Origin: Eledone cirrhosa
Taxonomy: Eukaryota
Assembly (NCBI GenBank): GCA_964016885.1
Contig: OZ024741.1
Location: 58,156,001 to 58,220,000 of the forward strand
DNA: 64,000 bases
Direction: 5' to 3'
The notes beneath the pieces are model-generated. The model was not told the DNA's origin. It was given only the letters and a program-made list of their open reading frames with translations, and made no database searches. How positions within the stretch are numbered: position 1 is the stretch's first letter; each line of letters opens with the position of its first letter. Below, in pieces: positions 42,001-57,860 of this stretch. Both the position numbers and the translations under genes were made by a program.

Positions 42001-42501
42001 CAGAATTCCAGGATTCTGGAGCCTTCCTCATTTCTAGTACCGAACCCATAGCCTCCATGGATTCCGTCATAGCCGTCACAATGTTGTCCAACGTGACCAT
42101 TTAGGTCGCCTGCAATAACTATATAGTCACTGTCGGTTATTTGGGAGGTAGCGCGCATCAGTGTCTCGTAGAATCTGTCTTTTATAGCGCCGGGCAGTCC
42201 GGATTGGGGTGCGTACGCAGATATTACTGTCACCGTAGTTTTATTGAGGACAAGTCTTATTTTAATTATTCTGTCGTTCACTCTATTTACGTCTATTATC
42301 TTATCTGCCCACTTTTCTGCTACCATGATTCCTACCCCACCCAACCCATTGTCATTTCCCACCCAGAAAAGCTTATAGCATCGTTCTTTACTCACGATGA
42401 ATCTAGCCGACCCTCCCCTCCACCTGGTCTCTTGAATACAACAAACATCGACCTCCTTACGTTCAAGCATTTCTACAACCTCGTTAGAGCGACCCTTTAA
42501 G

Positions 42502-42504
<3 letters not shown>
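39038..42504 (-). mobile_element. Near-full-length RTE LINE, family B (in-frame TAA at ~41436, small in-frame deletions, 5'-truncated in APE)
   Basis: ORFs 41436-42504 (APE) and 39546-41435 (RT) are in frame; (ATG)n tail at 39038-39062. Confidence 0.95.
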
Positions 42505-42587
<83 letters not shown>

Positions 42588-42610
42588 GTATGTATATATA
42601 TATGTATATA

Positions 42611-42649
<39 letters not shown>

Positions 42650-42659
<10 letters not shown>

Positions 42660-43232
42660 CAAACGCCTGCAACCGCAAATAAACAACCGATCAGAGAGAA
42701 GCGAAATGAGATGGCTGGTTTAAGCTAACAAACGATGCAGCAACACACGCACACACTCAAGCGAGACAACAACACACACACACACACACACACAGTAACA
42801 TTTAACAAACAGGCAGAGAATGGACTGACAGCTAGCGCCACCCTACTCCCTCATTCGGCCGCTGACCTCTGCCTGACCGACCCCATTTCACGCGCACGCG
42901 TGCTCTGCCGAATATCTCAGATATTCAAAACAACAAACAGCGGAGGACGCGTTTCGCACCTGTCCGACAGACAACCTTTCCCCCACCCCAGAAAAACCCC
43001 CAGTTGATGGATGTGAATCCGAAATATATAGGGACTATTAAATCTCTCCCAAGGTAACTCTCTCTCATGTTGTTATTTTAATTTTATCCTTTATACTCTT
43101 TCCTTCATTCTTCTACACATCTCATACACACCACGTATCTCAACGTACACCCACTTACATCTCTCTCTCCACCACCGGATCTTGTTACCCAGAGATTTAC
43201 CCATTTGCATTGTCGAGGCTTCCAAACGACTT
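42650..43232 (+). mobile_element. FB3 repeat, longer copy, with variant hammerhead at 42998-43033
   Basis: ccc-CAGTTGA-tGGATgtgaATCC-GAAA-tatATA-ggg; inverted relative to 30608-30945. Confidence 0.7.
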
Positions 43233-43282
43233 AAAGATATTTATTTATTATTCCACAATGCTTCAAGCAAATTTCAATACTC

Positions 43283-43710
43283 TCTAAATATAATTAACTT
43301 TCACCGAGTTCAAATCCTGCTGAGGTTAACTTCGCCTTTCATCCTTACAAGGTTGATAAAATAAAGTACCAGTAATGCACTGGCATAATTGCTGGCCTTG
43401 TGCCAAAAGTAGAAACAATTATTTAGCTAGTGTTTGGTGGATTGGCAGAATCGGTAGAATGTCGGACAGCATGCTTAGTGGCATCGAGTTACAGCCCTTT
43501 ACGTTCTGATGTTGGCCTTGTGCCTAAATAAGAAACAATTATTTATCTAGTGTTTGGTGGATTGACAGAATTGGTAGAGCATTGGACAGCATGCTTTGCA
43601 GCATCGAGTTTCGGCCCATTACGTTCTGGGTTCAAATCTGGTGTCAATTTAACCAACTTCCCTTCCCAAAAAATTGCTGGCTTTTGCATATAGTAGAAAC
43701 AATTATTTAT
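43283..43710 (+). mobile_element. Tandem cluster of Nin-type SINEs and fragments
   Basis: Three repeats ending gccttgtgcc.aaa.tagaaacaattattta.ctagt. Confidence 0.8.
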
Positions 43711-44749
43711 CTAGTATTTGGAACATTACAAACATTCTAACAAATTTGTGATGGAAGATTTTTAGATGAATATAAACACTTTAAAACAAACAGTTTTGTA
43801 TCATAGAACTAGGATTGGTTTCAGGTGGGTTGTTATCGAAAGGGTTAGATATGAACACTTTAGTATGCGAGGTTTTATGTGAGATGGTATTAAGATGATT
43901 AATGAGATTTTAGCTGCAATCTAATGAGGCAATGATGAGAATTCTACAACCCACAGGATTTTATTTTCTTTCTGAGTTCTTTAGAATCTGCCTGCCTGCC
44001 TCTCTATTTCTTTCTCTCTGTCTGCCTGTCAGTTAGTTTCTCTCTCTCTCTCTCTCTCAACATTGGTAAAATTCCAAATCAGAACTGAGATTGAAGCCAC
44101 TGAAATAACTCTCTAACATCCAGTTGAGTGAGAACATTCTAGACCAGAAATATATTTTGGAACAAAACAGCCAATAGCCACAATAAGAGTTTGATTAGGT
44201 ATGAAGGTAACATATACCACTTGAAGTATGAACCAATGAGATTGAGGGGTTGTATGTGGTCACCGAACCTGATGGAAATAGCAACTAAATTTTTCACTTT
44301 TGTTAATGTATTTCTAATGAAATATATTGCATATGCATGTTAATTAATTTTGAAAATTTGAAAAATTTAATGAAATGACATTTTTTTGTTCATTAGTAAG
44401 CTGATGTTTGGAACATAACAGAAATTTCTTAAATAAAATTATGATGGAGGGTTTTAATAGAAGTGTAAACATTTTAAAAGGAACAGCCCTGTATCATAAA
44501 ACCAGTGTTGTTTGAAGCATGCGATATCATACATCTAGGCAGTGCTCCACCATGACTGCCATCTGGTGACTGAAACCAGTCAAAGAATAAATGAATAAGA
44601 TTTATTTTGAACTGAATAAAAATAGAAAAAACAATGGCAATAATAGCTAGAATATATTTTAACCATTTCAATATGAAATGACCTGAAACTGCACCTGCTT
44701 GTTTTGAAATGTTTGTATTTATCGAAAAGCCTATCATAATGTTAGGTAA

Positions 44750-45070
44750 TAACCTTGGGATGCCACATGCAGTGACATTTTCTCCAGCACCAATCTGGTG
44801 CAGTCTGTGACTAATCCAGCCTCTGCTGCACTCCGGGCCGAGGAGGGTAAATTCTCCAAATATTGGTTGATCTCCAACAGGTTTGTGGTAAAGCCTATAG
44901 CAGTAGAGCTTTCTGGTGTCCTTGGCCCTAGGACCACCTCCCTATTCACACCATCAGCTCACAGTTGGCTACCTGCAGGTGTGAGCCTCACGAGCTGGAA
45001 TGGCTCTTCAAACATGTCTCCCTCACCATCCTACAAGGAAATGCTTTCTCTATTCTGTCTGCTTGGACTG
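44750..45070 (+). pseudogene. Restriction-like endonuclease C-terminus of a CRE/NeSL-type non-LTR retrotransposon (frameshifted)
   Basis: WDATC..SAALRAEEGKFSKY..VKPIAVELSGVLGP and WLFKHVSLTILQGNAFSIL match the RLE-clade D..AE..K..KY..F.P.A.E..G..ISIAIQRGNA pattern. Confidence 0.75.
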
Positions 45071-46539
45071 TGGGGCAGCCAGCGCATGGGCTCCCATTTG
45101 CATATACTAGTGAGAGATGGGGAGAGCAAGAGAGACAGAGGCAGTGTTTATCGCTTGGTATACTATGAAAGTTTTTTACATTTTGGTCTCTAGTCCTTCA
45201 TTAGAAGATGGAATGAGAAATAAAAGACGAAATAGAAAGATAGAAAGTGAGAAGAGGAAGGACTTGTTAAATTATGTTCCAAACACTAACTTAATTATGA
45301 GAAAGTTAGTTATATTAGTAAATCTTTCTGAATTCTTGATTGTTTTAAAAATTAATAGAAAATCATAGGCAGTGCCTTTCATTATATATGGTAATGAAAA
45401 GGTTAAACTCTTTGTATAATAATTTTATGTAGTAACCTTTGTTAAGTTATACTCCAAACATTACCTTAATAAGAAAGTTAGTTACATTAGTAATTTGTTT
45501 CCAAATTCTCGATTATATTTGAAATTAATTGAAAATCAAAGGCAGAAATATGGTAACAAAAAGATTAAATTTTTCAACTAAAATGATATGAGGAAGAATG
45601 AAAGATTAAAATTTGATGACAAATTAATAAATTTTTAAATATATATTCCAGCCAAAATCTAATAATCATGTAAGGTCAATGTCATTTATTAGTCATCACA
45701 CCAGAAATTATATTTTCTGATTTTTTTGTTGTTTTTCACTTTTAAAATAAATATTATGATTGTACTAATACAAATAATACTCTAAATTGAACTTTCATAA
45801 TCATTTATACATTTATTTCAAAGTAATTTCTCTCTTTCCCTCTCCCTCCCTCTCTCTCTGTATATATCATTCACACACAGAGTCACACTCTCTCCTTCTT
45901 CCTTCATCTCTCAATCCCTCTCACACATGCACCTTATATCACATTCACTCACACACTGTCATACACACACACATGATTTCATTTACACATTAAAGAATCA
46001 CATAATTTAAGTTATCACTAATAAATATTTATTAATAAATATTTAGCTATAAAAGTTTCTAAAAAATATAAAAAGACCAACATTCTTAAAACACTGATTT
46101 ATTTTTAATTATATTTTATAAGTAATGAATAATTTAACAATAATGATTTTAAAATATAAACAAACAAAAGCCTCAAGATTCAAATTTCAAAATTCTTCAA
46201 TAGAACAATTATCTCTCTTACATAATTCCTAGAGGAATTAGAAATGTTCGTACTAATTTATGGTAATGACTTATTGAATATGCATGTAATTCAACATGGG
46301 TGAAAAGATATTTAACCATGAACTCCCCTTGAAGCACTCACACAGATAAAAATGAGTTCAGTTTTTCCTAAAACAATTGCACAGAAGCAGAAAGGCAACA
46401 CAAGAATTGTTTGCCAGCAATTCTTCATCACAAAGAATATGGTAAACCAGAAAGATGAAGGATTTCCAAAAGATACAATTATGAAATGGTATCATCTCAC
46501 TACAAGACTCGTATCACCCCAAGCACCAATTATAATAAT

Positions 46540-47012
46540 AATAATTGTTTCTACTTTTGGCACAAGGCCAGCAATTATCGCAGTGTATTACTGGTACTTT
46601 ATTTTATCGACCCCGGAAGGATGAAATGCAAAGTTAACCTTGACGGGATTTGAACTCAGACCATTAAGGGCCGTAACTCTTTGCTGCAAAGCATGGCCTC
46701 CGACCCTCTACCGATACTTCCAATCCACCGCCCTTCTACTTTAGGCACAAGGCCAGTAATTTGGGGAGGGGGGGGGAGTCGATTAAATTGACCCCACTGG
46801 ATCACTGGTATTCTATTTTATTGACCCCGTAAGGATAAAAGGCAAAGCTAAGCCCAGTGAATTTGAACTCAGAACGTAAGGGGCCGTAACTCTAAGCATA
46901 TTGTCCGACGCTCTAACGGTGCCGCCAATTCACTGCCTTCATAATAATTGTTTCTACTTTTGGTACAAGGCCAGCAATTATCACAGAGCATTACTGGTGC
47001 TTTATTTTATCA
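46540..47012 (-). mobile_element. Cluster of Nin-type SINEs (reverse)
   Basis: Repeated gtttctactttt.gcacaaggccagcaatt..ctggtactttattttatcgacccc.gaaggatgaaa..caaag. Confidence 0.85.
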
Positions 47013-47280
47013 AGGGTATTGGATGGAGGAGACATTACAAAGACAAGTTACAACATTAAGGCAGGGGTATACATAGACATGAGAAAAAGAGGTAACGTAT
47101 ATAATAATGATTTAGATTATTCATGTTACTATCCCAGGAGAAAAAAATAAAAAAGTGACAAAATATACTCACTTGAAAACCAAAATGGCATGCCAATGGT
47201 CAATACCACCTAACAACCTCAAGATAATTCCAGGTGTCATCGAATCTTTAGGTTCCATACCATAAAAGTTAGAGAGTATC

Positions 47281-47502
47281 TTAACTCTTTAAGCATTTAC
47301 ATTACTCTGTATTTACTATTATATTTTCATGGCAAAGGCTTTACCTCATATAATTATCTCACATAATATTGAATCTATGAGATTTTGATATTGTATATTT
47401 TGAGAACAATATCAGTATGAGTGGTCAGTTACAGCCAGTTTGAACAGAAAGAGGTGAGAGAATTCTGGCCAGATACAGCTGGTTTAAATGCTAAAGGGTT
47501 AA
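47281..47502. mobile_element. piggyBac-like MITE
   Basis: TTAA-ctctttaagcattta ... taaatgctaaaggg-TTAA termini. Confidence 0.55.
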
Positions 47503-48592
47503 GCAAATAGGCACCAAATCACAAACTGTTCTCCTAGAAAAGATTGCTCCTGTAGAACACTGTACATGTACTTAGGAAAGTACTGTCAGTCTAAGGTCTG
47601 TGTTGAGACTTGACAGACAGTAGAATTTCCAGCAATTATGATATATATAGAGTATATTGGATAATCTTAGTTAACCTGTTATTTATCTGTAATAATAACT
47701 ACATTAATTATTATTGCAGAATTTCCACTACTACCAACACTATAGCTCCACTTATGGGCCCTTAATTCCTGATGGAGTTGTAGGGACGGGGGGGGGGGGT
47801 TAAATATACTGCATACTTTGGGCATTTAACTGTTTAGTTACCAATCTGGTCGAAACAGGCTCTGGTCCAATGAAATAAAGGTTTCCAATTTAAATTAAAA
47901 TCTTCCAACATAATTTTATATAAGAACCTTATATCAAGTTATTATCTTAGCCATGAAATAAATCCCTCAAAATTCTTCATGAATTAATTAAAATAGTATT
48001 TCATTGGAAATGCAGTCATGAAAGGGTTTAACCTGACATGGCCTATCCCTCTACAGGTTGAAACAGCCAATTTATGTGAGAGAAAAGAGGAAGAGACAGG
48101 CAGACAGAAGGAGAAAAGAAAGAATCAACATCATCTTGACAGGATGAGATTTGAACTGATAGCACAGAGAGTCTGAAACGAATACCACAAAGCAGTCTAT
48201 TGAATTTTCCAATGACTGGTAGTTTTCCACATTATAGTTCAACTTAACAGTATCATAAAGAATAACTAACAATGCTTTTACAAGTAATGTTTTAGTAAGC
48301 TGTCTGAAAATTACACTGGGGTCAATACACTTAGTTTGGCTTGATAATATCTTGGCATCCATTGGGCTGGCTCACTTCTCTTGTCTTTCAAACATAAATA
48401 TTTTCAACACAGAGGTCACTCATTGACCCCTCCCCACATCCCCATCCTACTACTTCCTATTGAAAATATGTATGTGTGTGCATGTATATATATATACATG
48501 CACACACATATATATAAATATATATACAAGTGTGTGTGTATATATTTATCAACACACACATACACATTCACCCACACACACATATATAAACA

Positions 48593-48667
<75 letters not shown>

Positions 48668-48678
48668 GTATATATATA

Positions 48679-49348
48679 TATTGCTCGCACCAACCTGAGG
48701 TATATGATTTTTAATGCGATGAAATATCAATTATGGTTGGCAAATCACTGACGAAGGACTATTTTTAACATGTGTAACCCATGTGCAACCACGCAGTATT
48801 CTTCTTTCTTCTCATGTTTTTTATATATATTTACCTAGGCTGGTCTGTTTCTCTCTTACTGCTTCCCCATTCTCTCTGTTGCTCTTACCTTCTGTTGCCC
48901 CCTCTGTCAGTTACACTTTCTCTCGACTGCTCTCTTCCTTGCACTTCCACTCACTCACTCTCTGTTTCTCCCCTTCTCACTTCCTCCCGTTTGGCTAGTA
49001 GTGGGTTCTCTTCTTGCTCACATCTCACTCACGTCGACGGTCTGTATCTTGATCGCTCATGAAATCCACCCAGGTTATGCTGACCGGATAACCATGTTGC
49101 TTGTTTATCCCCATCTTTGCGTTGCTTTCATCCTTCCATGTTGTTTACTTGTTTCACTCGCTTTACGCGATTTATTTGTCCCATTACCTTTTTTTGGTTA
49201 TTGTTCGCACCAACCTGAGGTATATGATTTTTAATGCGATGAAATATCAATGACGGTTGACAAATCACTGACGAAGGACTATTTTTATCATATGTAACCC
49301 ATGTGCAACCACGCAGTATTCTTCTTTCTTCTCATGTTTTTTATATAT
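48679..49348 (+). mobile_element. Non-coding element with ~150-bp direct terminal repeats (520-bp period), flanked by (TA)n
   Basis: 48679-48828 is nearly identical to 49199-49348. Confidence 0.8.
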
Positions 49349-49390
49349 ATGTATATATATATATATATATGTATATACATATATATATAT

Positions 49391-49461
<71 letters not shown>

Positions 49462-49509
49462 CATATATACATATATATACATATATATATACATATATAC
49501 ATATACATA

Positions 49510-49543
<34 letters not shown>

Positions 49544-49610
49544 CATATATATATATACATATATACATATATACATATATATATATATACATACATATAT
49601 ACATATATAC

Positions 49611-49673
<63 letters not shown>

Positions 49674-49734
49674 CATATATATACATATATATATATATAC
49701 ATATATATATATACATATATACATATATATATGT

Positions 49735-49807
<73 letters not shown>

Positions 49808-49817
49808 TACATACACA

Positions 49818-49853
<36 letters not shown>

Positions 49854-49876
49854 CATATATACATATATACATACAC

Positions 49877-49907
<31 letters not shown>

Positions 49908-49920
49908 CATATATATATAG
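49340..49920. repeat. (TA)n/(TACA) microsatellite array
   Basis: Direct inspection. Confidence 0.98.
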
Positions 49921-49956
49921 AAAGATTTGAATGGATACAGTTTAGTTGAAAGGAAT

Positions 49957-50073
49957 TTATTGACACGTGTTTCTATAACAGTTACATAACCTAAAACAGC
50001 TATCTACAAACTTTTAGTTATGCAGACATTCAATATTTCAATGTTATTATTTACTGTCATTTCATCAGAATAA
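49957..50073 (-). ncRNA. Hammerhead motif with ~90-nt stem II insert, downstream of the GIY-YIG fragment
   Basis: Reverse complement: ttatt-CTGATGA-aatGACAG...CTGTTata-GAAAC-acgt-GTC-aataa; palindromic ACACGTGT stem III. Confidence 0.75.
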
Positions 50074-50643
50074 TATTACTGAGGACCTATTTAGTTTTTA
50101 TAGAGAATATTAGGAGGGAGGGGTGAAGTTGTTAGAAGAATAGTTGAAGGAGTGGTTTTTCGATAGCAGTGAGAATTCTTGGTGGCAGTGAGTAATTAGA
50201 TTCCCATCTGTTGTTTTGACATTTTTTATAGAATATATTATTGGTTATTTTTCTAAATCTATAGAAGGATTAGAGATAGTAAAGATATGCGTGGTTGGTT
50301 TTGTGTTTGCACTTAATTAACATTCAGACTTAAATTTTTCTTTCAAGTGTACGTATCCTTTCACACACAAATATATTTGCACACCTCTACAAAATACATA
50401 TATTCACAATTCACATATTCATACTTACATATATATACACATGCATACACATATATATACACACATGTATTCATGTACATACATACGCGCTCATGTGTAT
50501 ACATTTTCATACTCAACTTATCTTTATATACACACGTATAGACACACACATATATACATACATACTCTAGTCCATGTGTACACACATACACATACTTACA
50601 CATCCATATACACATATATACATACATACATACATATATATAC

Positions 50644-50686
<43 letters not shown>

Positions 50687-50999
50687 TACACATACATATA
50701 CACACATATACATATATATATATATATATAAGCACTTTAATACATGAATACACTTACATCTAACTATACACATCAAACATATATATATATTTACTTCTTT
50801 ATATACATTTTCACATATATATACATACTTATGGACGTTTTTAGACACATTCATTATCGCATATTTGTACCTATTCTCATCAGCATATCTTTTCATTATT
50901 AGTATGGTAATTTAAGGTTATTAATATATGTTGAGAAGAGATTGTTTTTATATTTTTCTAACTAGATTAAGGTTTATATAGTTGGGGGATGTCCCTCTT

Positions 51000-51422
51000 T
51001 TATGTAATATTCGGCTTGTAGTGGGAAAAAAGGGTTTTAGTTCTGTGACGGCAGAATAATGTTCGTTCAATTCTGTTATTCAGCAGTTTCTTCTTGTGTG
51101 TGATTATGTAATAAATCTCAAGATTACACAATTTGCAGAAATTTTGGCTCCTGGAAAAGCTTTGGGTTTTAGCTAATTTTTCCCATTTTAGGGTAAACTT
51201 TTGGTCGCTATCCCTGAGCGTCCAAGCTTTTTCTGCTAAAGTTGTTACATTTCTTTGGCTCTGGTGTTTTATTGAGTAAGAATGCCTATACAATCGAGAT
51301 TTAAACGATGTTGCCGTTGATCCCACGTAATACCACTCGTTGCCTCCGGATTTAATGGTACACTTATAAATAATATTTTTTTCCAGGCAGTTATTGCCGA
51401 GGGGGCAGTTGTCAGGATAGGT
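51000..51422 (-). pseudogene. GIY-YIG endonuclease C-terminus of a third Penelope-like family
   Basis: CPLGNNCLEKNIIYKCTI..YYVGST..FKSRL..H..TTLA..W..KWEKL..CKLCNLE..CRH. Confidence 0.9.
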
Positions 51423-51499
51423 GTATATATACATATATATACACATATACATATACATATATATAACTTTGAATAACTTTGAAATGTTTTGGCCAGTAT

Positions 51500-52065
51500 T
51501 GGCCCAGGCCATGTCTAACTTAATAGCACCACCTGGCGAAGTCTTTCAATTCAGGATTTGGGCACCATGGCCCATTCGAGAAGAGAATTACTGTTTGCGG
51601 AGACATATCCGGGTGTGGGTGGTTTGTCCGGGATTTCTTGGAGGAATTTGTCCAAAGACTTCTTGAATTTTGTGTGGTTAGTTTCTGTTTTGACGTGTCC
51701 TGGTGTGATGTTGAAGAGAGCAGGGCCGATTGAGGTGAAATAATTGTGCCGTATTGTTGTTATGAGTTGCGATTTAGATTTTTGAATGGGACGGATAGCA
51801 CGGGGCCCAAGCCTTGGGTGTATCTTGAAGGCGATGCCAACATCATTTGGGCAGTAATGATGGAACATTTTCCACATCATGCAGATAATATAACGCTCAC
51901 GGCGACATTGGAGTGAGTCAAGTTTCAGGTTTTCTAATCGACCCCAGTAGTCAAGGTCTGACATGCCATCTATCTTTTTCGTGATTGCCCTTTGAGGAGC
52001 TTCAAGTTTCATGATACTTTGTTTCGTGTGGGGAGACCACAGTGGACAACAGTATTCAAGGTGTT
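51500..52065 (-). pseudogene. CR1/L2-group LINE ORF2 C-terminal fragment
   Basis: [52 protein letters not shown]. Confidence 0.9.
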
Positions 52066-52419
52066 CATATATATATATACAGACAACAGTATTCATATAT
52101 ATATATACATATATATATGTATATATATATGTATATATACATATACATATATATATACATATATACATATATATATATACATATATATACATATACATAT
52201 ACATATATATACATATATATATACATATAGATATATATATACATATATATATATATATACATATATATATACATATATATACATATATACATATACATAT
52301 ATACATATATACATATACATATATACATATATATGTATATATATATATATGTATATATAAATATATATGTATATATATGTGTATATGTATATATATATAT
52401 ATATATATATGTGTATATG

Positions 52420-53538
<1,119 letters not shown>

Positions 53539-54122
53539 ATATATATATATATATGCGTGATATATGATTCCAGTAAATTTACATTAATGTCTCATTGTAA
53601 AACAATATTCAAACTTGATCCTATATCATTTAAATATTAATTCCTGAAGTGAATAAATTAATTAATCTTACAATAAGTAAATGGTGTGATAGAGGAGGGG
53701 TATGGAGGGGCAGGTGGAGGATTTAACTGTCTGTCAATGTAAATAATAATACTTGGTAAATATTTATTTTACATAGATCAATTAGTTATGAAGGCTAATT
53801 AGTTACTGTTTTGTGAAGAAGCATCAAATGTTTAAGATTACAAGATAGTTTGTCTGTGTCTGAAGCTAGAGAGCTTCATCTCTGAAGTTATGGAGACATC
53901 AATAGTGAACTGTTAGAACTGTTGCCAAAATATGTTGATATTTACTGTAAAGTGGTTGTGATGGTGAAACAGCAAAAAGCACCCAGTCCACACTGTAAAA
54001 TGGTTGTGTACGACAAAAAGCGCCTACGTACAAGTACGTAAATAATTTCTTTAGTCAAAATACGGCGATAGCTTACATTTCTAATAATTTCAAACCCACT
54101 TGCTGTTTCGAAAATATTCTTC

Positions 54123-54191
<69 letters not shown>

Positions 54192-54195
<4 letters not shown>

Positions 54196-54767
54196 GTGGC
54201 TGCCAACTCGTTTTCGGGTACGGCCACTACTGTATATCCATGTAGGAGAACCCCTACCGATGCGCTGAAAGAGTGTGAATTTTTTGTCCAGCCAGCGACT
54301 TGAAAACTCTGGTACAAACACTACACCTGTGACAATTATTGTCACATAGTGCTGGGCCCATGGTACCATGTGACGACAAGTGCAGTGAGATCTCCAGATA
54401 TAAAGCAATGCCTGTGCCGTGAAGCTTTTATAGTGAGCAAAGGCACTGCACAAAGCCAGTCCCACTCTCTTAACCATGATGATATTTACCAAAAAAAAGA
54501 ACAAGTCAACATCATTGGATACCATCAGGGTTTCAGGTGTTATATCAGAGTTTTCCTTCTCCTCAAATTCTGCCTTGACAAAGGCTAAGGGGTCATCTCT
54601 CCCGGTGATTTTGGATGGCCATTGACTCTTAAGAGCACCTTTGCCCTTTGACAGGTTTTGTTTTTAGTCCTGCAGGATGTCCAAAGTCACCCTCCTCACC
54701 AAGAAACCTTGGTGGGGTTGCCAGTTTAGTCGCCAACGACCCGACCATGGGACAGGTTGTACTGGGA

Positions 54768-54770
<3 letters not shown>
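54192..54770 (-). mobile_element. Short non-autonomous RTE derivative (5' HDV-like motif, C2H2-encoding 3' end), copy 1
   Basis: Homologous to 57861-58383 and 62229-62773; flanked by (TA)n. Confidence 0.75.
54721..54766 (-). ncRNA. HDV-like ribozyme motif (5' P1 strand missing)
   Basis: Reverse complement: CCAGT(P2)-AC-AACCT-GT(P3)-cccatggtc(P1')-GG-g-TCGttggCGA(P4)-CTAA-ACTGG(P2'). Confidence 0.5.
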
Positions 54771-54807
<37 letters not shown>

Positions 54808-54823
54808 CATACATATATATATA

Positions 54824-57173
54824 GTTATACTTGGGGAGGGTCATATTGTTGTAATAATATTGCCAGAATTAATAACAGAACACACTCACTGTTTGGTTGG
54901 TTTTCGCTTCTGTATCTTTTATATCAGTTAATTTATTCGGTCCTCAATGTTTACCATTGACTCACCAACGGTTAAAAATACAGATATAATATAGACACAA
55001 ACACATATATATATAGTCTAACAAAGTTCTTTCGTTGCACATCTGCAACATCGTCAGTGGTGCTATTATGTTTCCTCCTGTTGTATTGTATGTCTACGCC
55101 ATCTTTATTTAATCTGTTTATTTATTTATTTATTTTTGTCTTCTTCTCTGCACATGCGTTTGCGAGTGTTTATACTGTTTGGTTTGTGTTCGCGTTTGGG
55201 TGACTGTGTTTTGGTTATTGTTTTCTATTTTAGTTTACTAGTGTGTGTTTATATGTGTTTGTTGTTATTGTGCTTGTGTATATATTTATTTATATTTCTC
55301 TTAGCTCAGTATTGTTTGTTTGGGTGTTGTTATTCCATTCATTTTTTTTGTTTAGCTTTGGCCTTCTAAGTTCTATTTCCCTTGCCTCTCTGCTGGGTCA
55401 TTTCTATGTTTAGATATTATTTTAATTTCTATGTTGTCTATGTTACCGTCATGTTGTTATCTAGAGTGTTCGTATAATACGGAACCGTTTTATCGTCCTT
55501 TTAGTTCCCCCGAGTGTTGGTCTATCCTTTTACATATGCTACGAGCTGTCTCGCCTATGCATGTTGTTGTCATGTTTCTGAAAGTACCCTCTGTACATCT
55601 TATGCTATAGACTACATTTCTAGTTTACAGTTTATCCAGGGGTTTACTTTCCATATAATACATTTCCTATTAGTACAGTGGGTTTTCTTAAAAGGGTATG
55701 TTTTGCTGATCAGGGATATTATGCTAGTTCCTGGCTTTTCTACCACCTTAATCTTTAAGTGGGTCTTTCTCAGAGCCTTTCTACACTGGTTAGCTAATTT
55801 CCCACCAGGGGTAGCATCCACGAACATGACGCTCTGGTATCTCTAGTTGTTGTACCATGAGGTGGCTTTCCCTATCTTTGGTTTAGTCCTATCTAAGCTA
55901 TTCCATGATTTTCTCCTGTATAGTGGGCAAATTCCTTTCATGTCCAGTTCTATGAGGGTCTTATACTTCTCCGTGGCTCCTTCATATACTCTGATTCTGT
56001 CTCTTTGGTTGTAGCCAGAGAACTGCATGAGGTTGATGAAGTGTTGGATGTGTTTTTCCATTTCTGTTGCATTACACATACGGGACACATTCTTCATCAC
56101 TCGTACCAAGTCTGCGATCAGAATATTAAACTTAACACTACTGGACATTGCTGAGTTTTTGAGTATCAGGTATTTGGAGGCCATGGGTTTAGCGTAGTGT
56201 GAGTGGAGAATTTGAGCCCTCTCGTCTATAGTGTTAATCTAGAGTTCCGTGTCTGATACAGGTAGTCTACTGTTAGGGTGTTTGGAAGGGTAGTCGATAG
56301 TTACAATTATACTCTGGTGTATGGAATTAGCTATCTGTTGGATGCTTTCCATTGTGCTACATTCTAAATCATACTTGTTAGTACTCTCTTGTGAGTGTGT
56401 CCTTATTACTATATTAATGTCGTCTACGTAACGAGAGTACATGATGAAGTCTATAGAGCTCTCATCAAGGAGATCTTTGAGTCTCCTTTCCCACCATACT
56501 ATATAAAGGTTGGCAACGTCACCAGCTCTGCTGACGCCAATGGCTGCTCCCTCATTTTGGGTGTAGATCTTCTCATTGAATTTTTTATGTGACCCTTTAG
56601 GGTAGTTTTAATACTAGCCCCTATTGCATGTGCGACCATTTTTCGTACGTAATCATTGTTTTTGGGGGTCCGTATGGCTTTGGTCCACACAAACCACCTT
56701 CCCATGGGAGTCGTTTTTGACATTGAGATTATGGGGGGGGGGGGGGGGTCTACCACTTATGGGTCTACTGAGGCAGAAACGGCTAAGGTCATGGCTGTCT
56801 AGGTAGTCAGTATCATAGGTAAGTCTAAGTACGAGGCCCAATTCGTCTGTGTCGACATCGCAGATCTCCACCTCTCTCTCACTGATCATCTCCACATATT
56901 TTTCCACAGCAAAATCAATGTTAATGGATGGGTATAGTGATACCAGTCCATACTGCCTATTATGCAGTTAGATAGGTTTTTGCTTTTGTTGCATTCATTG
57001 ATTCTGCTGAGAATTAACTGATATAAAAGATAAAGAAGTGAAAACCAACCAAACAGTGAGTGTGTTCTGTTATTAATTCTGGCAATATTATTACAACAAT
57101 ATGAGCCTCCCCAAGTAAAACAATATTTGTTTCGACACACGATTCCATGTCAAAAACCTTGCAAAACGAATTC
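54824..57173 (-). mobile_element. Degenerate Penelope-like element related to 31687-34915, with short inverted 5' pLTR (57012-57173)
   Basis: Frameshifted YSRYVDD, NILIADLVRVMKNVSRMC, MQFSGYNQRDRIRVY; 54824-54932 inverted at 57012-57122; hammerhead-like CTGACGA-tGTTGCAgatgTGCAAC-GAAAG at ~55021-55062 (-). Confidence 0.92.
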
Positions 57174-57803
<630 letters not shown>

Positions 57804-57860
57804 GTATGTATGTATACGTACATACATATATGTATACAGACGTACAGTAGCAAGCATATA

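Noticed and set aside
48072-48362. 96-aa minus-strand ORF in apparently unique sequence
   Set aside because: No recognisable domain; length compatible with chance.
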